A stretch of DNA of 34,494 bases, taken from a bacterium. Its GTDB lineage: Bacteria > UBA9089 > UBA9088. The stretch spans positions 1 to 34,494 of the forward strand of contig JBFMED010000073.1 of the NCBI GenBank assembly GCA_040753475.1, read 5' to 3'. The number at the start of each line of letters is the position of its first letter. Position 1 is the stretch's first letter. The notes under the pieces are model-generated. The model worked only from the letters and a program-made list of their open reading frames with translations. It was not told the DNA's origin and did not search any database. Shown piece by piece: positions 27,458 through 34,494 of the stretch. Both the position numbers and the translations under genes were made by a program.

Positions 27458-27666
27458 TCCTTCACCTCAATAAATGTTCCACCAAAGTATGAATAGACAC
27501 ACCTTTCGGAATCAATAAGCCCTTTTATTGCCTCTTTGCAATCCTCCCTTGATACGCCATAAAGGCTTTCTATCTCCTTGGAAAGCTCCTGTGGCTTAAA
27601 TTTCTTCTTTCCCTGATATTCCTTTAAAATCCCATACATTGCCTCTTTTGTTTCCTCAATGGTCAT
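27454..27666 (-). CDS. dsrD: DsrD
   Basis: 70 aa with KKKFKPQEL...CVYSYFGGTFIEV, which aligns with the KSKFYF...YWSSGSTTMY pattern of DsrD. Lies 11 nt downstream of dsrB. Confidence 0.75.
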
Positions 27667-27677
27667 TTTGCACCCCC

Positions 27678-28745
27678 TTACTTCATCTGCGTGGTCATCC
27701 GGTAGGTGGTTAGCGAATGCCTAAAGTCATCCAAGTGATACTTGGTAAAGGAAATCCCGTTTATTTCAAAGAATTTTGGCCAGCCGATGCGTTCTATCCA
27801 TTCACAAAGACGTTCGTATTTCTTTGCATTCTTGGCATAAATTTCAACCATATTTTTAACTGCAGAAACAACCTCAGGCCACCTAGGAGGGTTGTTGGGA
27901 AGATAAGGAATTGCCAATTTTGTAAAGCTTGGGCGATTTCTTGCATTGGAGATTTTTCCTCCCACCCAGATAGACACCCCATCGTTTAATGGGTCGGCAA
28001 TCGGCATTGCCGGGCATACGGTATAGCAATTTCCACAATACATACAATTATCCTCATCTATTTCTACAGATTTCTTTCCCTCAATTATGGTTGGTCTTAT
28101 TGCTGCATTTGGACAGGAGGCAACCGTGCTTGGAATCTCGCAGATCTTGGGAAGCTTCTCATGGTCTATCTTAGGTGGTCTTCTATGAACCCCAAGTATT
28201 GCAATATCAGAGCAATGGACAGCACCGCACATATTAAGGCAACAAGCAACAGCAATTCTTAACTTGGCAGGTAGGTAGCTTTCTTGTGTAAAATATGGAT
28301 AAAGCCCATCCATTACAACCTTTACCAAACCAGAGGCATCGGTGGCAGATGAATGGCAATGAACCCATCCCTGGGTATGGACAATGTTTGAGATGCTATT
28401 CTTTGTCCCACCTACTCCAAAGCCATTGGAAGATAGCTCGCTTATCAAAGGCTCAATATTTTCTTCCTTGCCGAGCAAGAATTCAACATTATTTCGGCTG
28501 GTAAATCGCAAATATCCATTGCAATATTTATCTGCCAAGTCGCAGAATAGCCTAATCGTATCAGATGACAAAAGCCTTGGCGAGCCTGCCCGCACAGTGT
28601 AAATTTTATCCCCAGAATATGAGGTATGCACCAGAACCCCTGGCCTTAATACCTCATGATACCTCCATTTCCCATAGTTTCTCTTGATAGTTGGACAGAG
28701 AAACGCCTCATAATGGGGTGGACCAAAATCTGTCTTTCTTTCCAT
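27678..28745 (-). CDS. dsrB: Dissimilatory sulfite reductase beta subunit
   Basis: [21 protein letters not shown] and the ferredoxin insert [12 protein letters not shown]. Starts directly after the dsrA stop. Confidence 0.92.
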   Translation of the reverse strand: MERKTDFGPPHYEAFLCPTIKRNYGKWRYHEVLRPGVLVHTSYSGDKIYTVRAGSPRLLSSDTIRLFCDLADKYCNGYLRFTSRNNVEFLLGKEENIEPLISELSSNGFGVGGTKNSISNIVHTQGWVHCHSSATDASGLVKVVMDGLYPYFTQESYLPAKLRIAVACCLNMCGAVHCSDIAILGVHRRPPKIDHEKLPKICEIPSTVASCPNAAIRPTIIEGKKSVEIDEDNCMYCGNCYTVCPAMPIADPLNDGVSIWVGGKISNARNRPSFTKLAIPYLPNNPPRWPEVVSAVKNMVEIYAKNAKKYERLCEWIERIGWPKFFEINGISFTKYHLDDFRHSLTTYRMTTQMK

Positions 28746-29924
28746 TTATTTTTCCTCCTCATAATATTCCTCATAAAAGATATAGGGATTCTCCCTTGGG
28801 TGAAAGACCATCTCTGGAATTGGCTTAAGCCCGATTGCTTCTACAAAATTCCCCAACCCAACCCTCTGGATGAGCTCTCCTATTCTCTCCCTTGCCTTTC
28901 CATGCTCATCCCAGAAATCCCACATTCTTCTAATCAATGCCTTAAGCTCATCGTAGGGCTTTTCTATCTTCATAAAGGGAACAAGCACAAAGGCAAGCTG
29001 GGCTCCCTCCTTAATCGGTGCCTTTGCTCCTATAAGAATAGCTGCTCCCCTTTCATCGCCAATGGAGAGTGCCTTTGGGATAATGTTTAGGCAATGCATA
29101 CACTTGCTACATTCACTATTGTCAATATTCAATGTCTTTCCATCCCATTCAATGCAATTCCTTGGGCATCTATCCACGATATCATTTTTAATATCTATCC
29201 CTTTTTCTACATATTCCATTATTGCATCCTGGTCTATTTTTATTTCATCCTTCCATATTCCAATGATTGCCAAATCTGACCTGGCAATACCTGCCACACA
29301 ATCATTTGGGCATCCTGCTGCTTTTACCTTGAATTTATAGGGAAAGAATGGCCGATGGATTTCATCCTGATAGCTAATTGTCAAATCATAGGTTAATGCC
29401 AGGGTGTCATAGCAGGCAAATTCACACCGGGCAGGGCCTACACAACAGCTGGGCGTTCTAATATCAGAGCCAGAACCCCCTAAATCCCAGCCAGCTTTGG
29501 AAAGCTCGGTAAATAAAGGTTCCAGGGAATCTGTATCTGCACCCAGCAGAACAAGGTCTCCGGTTGAGCCGTGAAGGTTGGTAAGACCTGAGCCATATTT
29601 GTCCCAGATATCCATAAGCTTTCTTAAGGCATCGGATGTATAAAACCAGCCCGAGGTCTGATTTACCCTTAGGGTATGAAAGTGTGCGGCGTCAGGAAAT
29701 TCATCGGGTAGGGCAGAAAACCTTCCAATTACGCCACCGCCATACCCCTTTACGCCAACAATCCCTCCATGCTTCCAATAGCCCCTTTTGTCTTTATAAG
29801 ACCTCTCAAGCTGGTTTAGAAGACCAATCGCCTTTTTGTTCTTTTCCCCGGCTTTCTTTATCTCTTTGACAAAGCTTGGCCATCTCCCCTTTTCTAATTC
29901 ATTTAACAATGGTGTTTCAGGCAT
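28746..29924 (-). CDS. dsrA: Dissimilatory sulfite reductase alpha subunit
   Basis: [38 protein letters not shown]. Confidence 0.92.
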   Translation of the reverse strand: MPETPLLNELEKGRWPSFVKEIKKAGEKNKKAIGLLNQLERSYKDKRGYWKHGGIVGVKGYGGGVIGRFSALPDEFPDAAHFHTLRVNQTSGWFYTSDALRKLMDIWDKYGSGLTNLHGSTGDLVLLGADTDSLEPLFTELSKAGWDLGGSGSDIRTPSCCVGPARCEFACYDTLALTYDLTISYQDEIHRPFFPYKFKVKAAGCPNDCVAGIARSDLAIIGIWKDEIKIDQDAIMEYVEKGIDIKNDIVDRCPRNCIEWDGKTLNIDNSECSKCMHCLNIIPKALSIGDERGAAILIGAKAPIKEGAQLAFVLVPFMKIEKPYDELKALIRRMWDFWDEHGKARERIGELIQRVGLGNFVEAIGLKPIPEMVFHPRENPYIFYEEYYEEEK

Positions 29925-30306
29925 TGCAACCTCCTTTATTTAGTGCCACAGGAAGTGGGCCTGCGGCAACAAGTTTTTTACGGCGAAAATCTATAATTGC
30001 TGGAAAACCTTCCAATGTTCTTGAACCAAGAAGAATAAGGTCACCCTTTTTTCCAAAAATAACCTCATCAATGGTTTCAAAGCCTTCGCTTTTAATCACA
30101 GCATAACCTACATCCCTTGTAATTATCTGGCCATTAGCCATTACAAACTGTAAATCCCTCTTTTTTACTGTAATTCCTGCCTTTTTAAGATAGCTTTCAG
30201 GAATCCATGTGTATTCAGAACCAGAGTCAACCATTGCTTTTACATCAACAGACCTTTCTTCTAATACTGGATTACTAACCGTGCAATCAACATAGAATAT
30301 CCCCAT
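29917..30306 (-). CDS. Retropepsin-like (clan AA) aspartic protease, small single-domain type
   Basis: [10 protein letters not shown] (D-S/T-G catalytic motif) and a [12 protein letters not shown] flap-like region, 129 aa. The stop overlaps the dsrA ATG (ATGCCTGA). The start is 1 nt after the dsrP stop. Confidence 0.7.
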   Translation of the reverse strand: MGIFYVDCTVSNPVLEERSVDVKAMVDSGSEYTWIPESYLKKAGITVKKRDLQFVMANGQIITRDVGYAVIKSEGFETIDEVIFGKKGDLILLGSRTLEGFPAIIDFRRKKLVAAGPLPVALNKGGCNA

Positions 30307-30307
30307 T

Positions 30308-31489
30308 TTATTCCTCTATCCTTGCCTCCTTTGGAAGCAGGGGCAATATTTTAAGACCAAGCACATATAATATTCCTAGCATTGCAAATACAGAGACAAC
30401 CTGGATAAATTCAGGAAAGCTAACGCAATAGAAATCAAATGCACCATCCATAAAGGGGCTGGCAATGTGTTTTCCCGGGAAAAGCTCTAATGGATAGACC
30501 TGACCGGGAAATAGAATGATATACCTCTCACAAAAAACACCACAAACGACAAGAATTGAAGAGAAGATTACCCAGAATATCTCTTTTTTGAGCTTGGGAT
30601 GAAAGAGAATAATCAAGGGGATAATACAGCCAATCAAGATAAGCCCAATCCAGAATAATAATGAATATTCATTAAGGCTAAAAAGCATAAAATGGGTTGG
30701 GTAATATGTGTCGGGTGCATATATTCTAGTGAGGTTTTCTACAAAAAGGAAATATAGGACAACAATGATAAAAACCGCAAGCAATCTGGATAATCCAAGA
30801 AGAAGCCTTTGATCAAGAAAGCGATTAGTGCATTTAAAGGTTAGGGTCAATAAAACAATGATTAAGGCTGTGCCAGAAGATAAAGCTGCCGCAACAAAGC
30901 TTGGTGGGGTTAAGGGAGAATGATAAAGCTCCCTTGCCCTGATAAACCCAAATATTCCACCGGTTCCCGAATGAACAAGGATAGCAATAAAGACAGCAAT
31001 TACCCCTAATACCTTAATTGTTTTTTTCATCTCTTTTTCCATAGCAAAGATATAGACAAAGCATAGAAAAATATAGCTTGTATAAAACAGGGCATTCCAG
31101 GACAATATAGATTCTGGATTTGGATGGAAGAATAGCTCTAACACCCTCTCTGGCCTTCCCAAATTAAACCCTAGTGAAATAAGGGCACCGATCAATAATA
31201 TTGCGGCAAGGTAGGCGGCAACCCTTGCAAATGGCTTGTATTCCTTCTTTCCAAAGACAACCGAGAGGGATGATAAGATAAGGCTTCCCGCAGAAAGCCC
31301 AATAAAGTAAATGGTTAAAACCTTCATAATTCCCCAGGGGACATTGTTGGTCATCCCGGTAATGTAATACCCCTTGGTGAACATAATGTAGGAATAATAA
31401 GCTCCGGCAAGGGCAAGAATAATTAAGATTCCTAAAAATCCCCAAAACCTTTTATCTTTTCCTTCAATCCTACTAAAATACATCTTCAT
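30308..31489 (-). CDS. dsrP: DsrP (NrfD/PsrC-like integral membrane subunit)
   Basis: About 10 TM helices, 393 aa, in the dsrKJO..P context. Confidence 0.85.
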   Translation of the reverse strand: MKMYFSRIEGKDKRFWGFLGILIILALAGAYYSYIMFTKGYYITGMTNNVPWGIMKVLTIYFIGLSAGSLILSSLSVVFGKKEYKPFARVAAYLAAILLIGALISLGFNLGRPERVLELFFHPNPESILSWNALFYTSYIFLCFVYIFAMEKEMKKTIKVLGVIAVFIAILVHSGTGGIFGFIRARELYHSPLTPPSFVAAALSSGTALIIVLLTLTFKCTNRFLDQRLLLGLSRLLAVFIIVVLYFLFVENLTRIYAPDTYYPTHFMLFSLNEYSLLFWIGLILIGCIIPLIILFHPKLKKEIFWVIFSSILVVCGVFCERYIILFPGQVYPLELFPGKHIASPFMDGAFDFYCVSFPEFIQVVSVFAMLGILYVLGLKILPLLPKEARIEE

Positions 31490-31501
31490 TTAAACATCCC
31501 C

Positions 31502-31530
31502 ATTATATTAAAACAATCTCTTTTTGTTCA
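31502..31530 (-). promoter_or_regulatory. Possible internal promoter TGAACA-N17-TATAAT ahead of dsrP
   Basis: Minus strand reads TGAACAaaaagagattgttttaaTATAATggggatgtttaaATG. The -35 overlaps the stop of the upstream NTase gene. Confidence 0.3.
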
Positions 31531-31983
31531 ATGTTTGTTTTCGCCTTCTAGGTATTCCAAATCCCATTTATCCTGGGTTCTTCCATAAAATTTTTTAAGC
31601 ACAATAAGATCCTCACGGGAGATAAGAAAAACAGGCACATCTCCAAAATAAGATTTTGCTTTTTTCTCCCATGCCTCATTGAAACTAATCTTTTCCTGAG
31701 ATGTCCATACCTCTATCTTGAAAGGCTCCTCTCCTATTTCTAAACGCTGTCCTTTAACTAAAAATGCTTTTGGTTCTATGTTAACCCCAGCAAAATTTTT
31801 TATAGCCTTAACCATTCTTGTGCTGTTTTCTTCATCCTGCCTTATCCAAATATCCAAGTCTTTTGTAGCCCTGGCTACTTTAGTATGGAGCATAGTGCCA
31901 TAGGCACCAATAATGAGATATTCCACCCTATTTTTATTAAGTATATTAAGGAATCTTTCAAAGTCATCTTTGAAATTAGCCAT
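31528..31983 (-). CDS. Minimal nucleotidyltransferase-fold protein (DUF2204/DUF6036-like, family recalled from memory)
   Basis: VEYLIIGAYGTMLHTKVARATKDLDIWI fits the G[AS]...DxD NTase pattern, 151 aa. The ATG overlaps the stop of the 59-aa ORF (TAATG). Confidence 0.6.
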   Translation of the reverse strand: MANFKDDFERFLNILNKNRVEYLIIGAYGTMLHTKVARATKDLDIWIRQDEENSTRMVKAIKNFAGVNIEPKAFLVKGQRLEIGEEPFKIEVWTSQEKISFNEAWEKKAKSYFGDVPVFLISREDLIVLKKFYGRTQDKWDLEYLEGENKH

Positions 31984-32162
31984 TATTTTAAAAGCCTTAC
32001 AACATTCCTTTTTACATACATAGATTTTTTATCTTTCCCCAAGATTTTTACCCAGTATTGATACATTATAAACTCAATGGTTTTTAATAAATTCTCCCCT
32101 GAATCCTCTTTTAAATCTTGAGGTCTATCTTTAGAAACCCAACTTAATTTATATTTTATCAT
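31983..32162 (-). CDS. 59-aa ORF absent from the supplied track: MIKYKLSWVSKDRPQDLKEDSGENLLKTIEFIMYQYWVKILGKDKKSMYVKRNVVRLLK
   Basis: Hand translation of the minus strand. The ATG overlaps the dsrO stop (ATGA) and the stop overlaps the NTase ATG (TAATG), filling the dsrO-NTase gap exactly. Confidence 0.5.
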   Translation of the reverse strand: MIKYKLSWVSKDRPQDLKEDSGENLLKTIEFIMYQYWVKILGKDKKSMYVKRNVVRLLK

Positions 32163-32803
32163 ATTCCCAAATAATAAACCTTTGGCTTTAGCCTTAAATC
32201 TTCTCTAATTGCCTTTGCATCCTTTAGATTTATATTATTCAAATCACCAAAGGTAAAGACCTTATTTGGGCAAACCTCAACACAAACAGGCAATAACCCT
32301 TTGTCTACCCGATGCACACAAAAATTACACATTCCCGCCACACCAACCATCCTTCTGGGAACCCCTGGGTTGGTAATCTTGTTTTCCTTAAAGACAAATG
32401 ACCTTGCCTTGTATGGGCAGGCAATCATACAATACCTACAGCCAATACACCTGTGAGCATCAACCAAGACTATGCCATCATCCCTTATAAATGATGCCTT
32501 TACCGGGCAAACACGAACACAAGGGGCATCGCTACAATGATTGCAAAGCAAGGGAATATTTTTGCCCTCCATCTTTGCTATCCTTATCCAATAGTTATCA
32601 ATGGTTTTTTTCCCAAACATACCTAAATTATTCTCTTTTGCACAAGCCTTGACGCATTCATTACAACCATTGCATTTACTAGCATCAATAAGCATCCCAT
32701 ATTTCTTTTTCTTGGGAATGCAAGCAAAAACCTCATCTAGCCCAGAAATTGCTGTGCTTATCAGCAAAGAACCAGATATTTTAAGAAATTCCCTTCTATT
32801 CAT
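32159..32803 (-). CDS. dsrO: DsrO (periplasmic ferredoxin-like subunit with a Tat signal)
   Basis: NRREFLK twin-arginine motif, plus CNGCNECVKAC, CNHCSDAPCVRVCP, CIGCRYCMIACP and CNFCVHR...CVEVCP. Confidence 0.88.
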   Translation of the reverse strand: MNRREFLKISGSLLISTAISGLDEVFACIPKKKKYGMLIDASKCNGCNECVKACAKENNLGMFGKKTIDNYWIRIAKMEGKNIPLLCNHCSDAPCVRVCPVKASFIRDDGIVLVDAHRCIGCRYCMIACPYKARSFVFKENKITNPGVPRRMVGVAGMCNFCVHRVDKGLLPVCVEVCPNKVFTFGDLNNINLKDAKAIREDLRLKPKVYYLGI

Positions 32804-32806
32804 CTT

Positions 32807-33121
32807 TTAAGGATAATAATGGCAGTTAAAGCACAATGGCTTTACGCCAGCAAAATTATGGCACCTATTGCAAAAATTCTCTCTATTATGATGACACAAG
32901 ATGCAACTTGTCAAGGTAAATGAACCCCTTATCCCTTCCCTTACTGCCTTTTCCCTTGCTTCTTTTAATAGCTCCATATGGTTTTTTCTCATAAAATCCC
33001 TCTCCTGGACGCATTTTCCCTTAGGGAGAACAAGCTCTGGCTCTTCAGGCTTTCTAAAACCTTGTAATAAGATTGGCGAAAGCATAATTAAAATAAAGGC
33101 AAAAACAAGAAATATCTTCAT
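32807..33121 (-). CDS. dsrJ: DsrJ (triheme cytochrome c)
   Basis: Signal anchor, CILCH, CNRCH and CFNCH, conserved PKGKC cysteine. Lies between dsrK and dsrO. Confidence 0.88.
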   Translation of the reverse strand: MKIFLVFAFILIMLSPILLQGFRKPEEPELVLPKGKCVQERDFMRKNHMELLKEAREKAVREGIRGSFTLTSCILCHHNRENFCNRCHNFAGVKPLCFNCHYYP

Positions 33122-34494
33122 AAGACAATAGAGCGTCCAACCAGCTGATGGACGCCACCCACCATTTCCATGGGAAACCCAAACTTGGGAAATACAGCAC
33201 TAAATTGTGCCTTGCAGATTGCACAAATCAGAGCAAAGAAATTAACGCCGTCGCTATCTACAACCTGTTTCAGGGCATTCATCCTTGGAGTAGCACCCTT
33301 TAGCCTTATTTCCATAAGCTCATCGGTAAGAAGACCTCCACCCGCACCACAGCAAAATGTTTTTTCCCTTATGGTTTCAGGGTTCATCTCAACAAATTTA
33401 TTACAGGATGCCTTAATAAGGGCTCTGGGTATCTCAAATTGACCACCGGGAAAATTTCCCATTCTGGATGCCCTTGCCACATTACAGGAATCGTGAAAGG
33501 TTGCCACAAATTCATCATTTGCAGATTTATCAAGCTTAAGCAAGCCATCCTTGATTAAATTATAGGTAAATTCAGAGATATGCTCTGGGATGGGATATTT
33601 TGGGTCTAAATCAAATGGTCCTTGTAATGTATTCCAGAAATTATAGGCAACCCGAAAGGCATGGCCACATTCACCCACAATAAGCCTCTTTGGCTTAAGC
33701 TCTCTTATTGCATCAGCTATTCTCTTGGTTGTCTCTTGCATAACCCTATAGCTTCCAATGAACATACTAAAATTTCCCGCCTCAGAGGCATAGGATGAGA
33801 TTGTCCAGGAAATCCCTGCCTTATGAAACACCTTAGCATATCCCTTTAAAGACTCAATATGGGGAGAGGCAAAGAAATCTGCCGAGGGTGTAATAAATAA
33901 AACCTCCGCACCCTCTACATCCAGAGGAATACGCACATCAATGCCGCTCTCTTCCTTTATCTCCTCTTCCATAAAGCTAAGGGTATTTTGCAGGGCAGGC
34001 TTTTGTATCCCAAGGTTATTCCCTATTTCAAGAAACTTTACCAAAACCTCGGTAGTGTATTTTTGTCCTATACCAATTTCATCCATAATTTCCCTTGCCG
34101 CCATTGAAATCTCTGCCGTATCTATGCCATAAGGGCAGAAAACCGAACACCTTCTGCATTGTGAGCATTGGTGAAAATAGACAAACCATTCATTAAGGGT
34201 ATCTTCGCTTATCCTCCTTTCCCGATAAACCTTCCTAAATAGCTCAGCCCTTGCCACTGGCATATTCTTTGGGTCAGATGTCCCTAAGAAAAATTGGCAT
34301 TTATCACTACAAGAGCCACATCTAACACAAATATCCATAAATAGCCTCAGGGATTTGTATTTTTTAAGCAATTCTGACATCTTTGCAATCGCCTCTTTCT
34401 GCCAATTTTCTACCCTTGTCTTTGGAAAGCCAAGGAATTCCATATGGGCTTCCTTTGCCGGGTATGGCTTAATTGAGGCGGTTGCCTCCCTCTT
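33118..34494 (-). CDS. dsrK: DsrK (HdrD-like catalytic Fe-S subunit), N-terminus outside the window
   Basis: CVRCGSCSDKC, CSQCRRCSVFCPYG and the CCG domain (CCGAGGG). The frame stays open upstream of M-34443 to the window edge (KREATASIKPYPAKEAH-MEF...). Confidence 0.88.
   Translation of the reverse strand, partial: KREATASIKPYPAKEAHMEFLGFPKTRVENWQKEAIAKMSELLKKYKSLRLFMDICVRCGSCSDKCQFFLGTSDPKNMPVARAELFRKVYRERRISEDTLNEWFVYFHQCSQCRRCSVFCPYGIDTAEISMAAREIMDEIGIGQKYTTEVLVKFLEIGNNLGIQKPALQNTLSFMEEEIKEESGIDVRIPLDVEGAEVLFITPSADFFASPHIESLKGYAKVFHKAGISWTISSYASEAGNFSMFIGSYRVMQETTKRIADAIRELKPKRLIVGECGHAFRVAYNFWNTLQGPFDLDPKYPIPEHISEFTYNLIKDGLLKLDKSANDEFVATFHDSCNVARASRMGNFPGGQFEIPRALIKASCNKFVEMNPETIREKTFCCGAGGGLLTDELMEIRLKGATPRMNALKQVVDSDGVNFFALICAICKAQFSAVFPKFGFPMEMVGGVHQLVGRSIVL

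Overview
AT-rich bacterial window, probably from an uncultivated sulfate reducer; I cannot assign a taxon by eye. Bases 1-14660 are mostly plus-strand housekeeping genes: hisF (partial), purQ, a NapH-like polyferredoxin, a frameshifted GTP-PEPCK, a sufS/iscU-like pair, an MNT-HEPN toxin-antitoxin pair, thrS, nnr, leuCD, def, yjbQ, a zinc-ribbon protein, csp, iscU and dedA. Bases 14667-34494 are one unbroken minus-strand gene string encoding the dissimilatory sulfate-reduction machinery. Its order is dsrK (5' end off-window)-dsrJ-dsrO-[59-aa ORF + nucleotidyltransferase]-dsrP-[retropepsin-like protease]-dsrA-dsrB-dsrD-[dsrL-like]-sat-aprB-aprA-[coiled-coil/PD-(D/E)xK gene]-qmoA-qmoB-[CBS protein]-qmoC-[second dsrJ-like cytochrome]-tauE-[small membrane protein]. 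Most junctions have 0-12 nt gaps or overlapping start and stop codons. The bracketed genes are not part of the canonical apr/qmo/dsr sets and are the most interesting content, especially the CBS protein wedged between qmoB and qmoC and the DsrJ paralog-TauE module coupled to qmoC. The coiled-coil/nuclease-like gene looks like a discrete insertion: it has its own consensus promoter, three perfect 42-bp repeats and a flanking 13-bp duplication. The window also carries a family of 7-8 nt tandem-repeat elements. One is MITE-like with terminal inverted repeats and a 7-bp flanking duplication. One forms the thrS leader and one forms the iscU 3' end. Two are in-frame CCTGACY heptamer arrays inside qmoA and the dsrL-like gene. 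Several TTGACA-N17/18-TATAAT promoters sit so close to the ATG that leaderless mRNAs are likely. I saw no rRNA, tRNA or CRISPR array. All calls come from reading the translations and sequence by eye, and non-CDS coordinates may be off by 1-2 nt.
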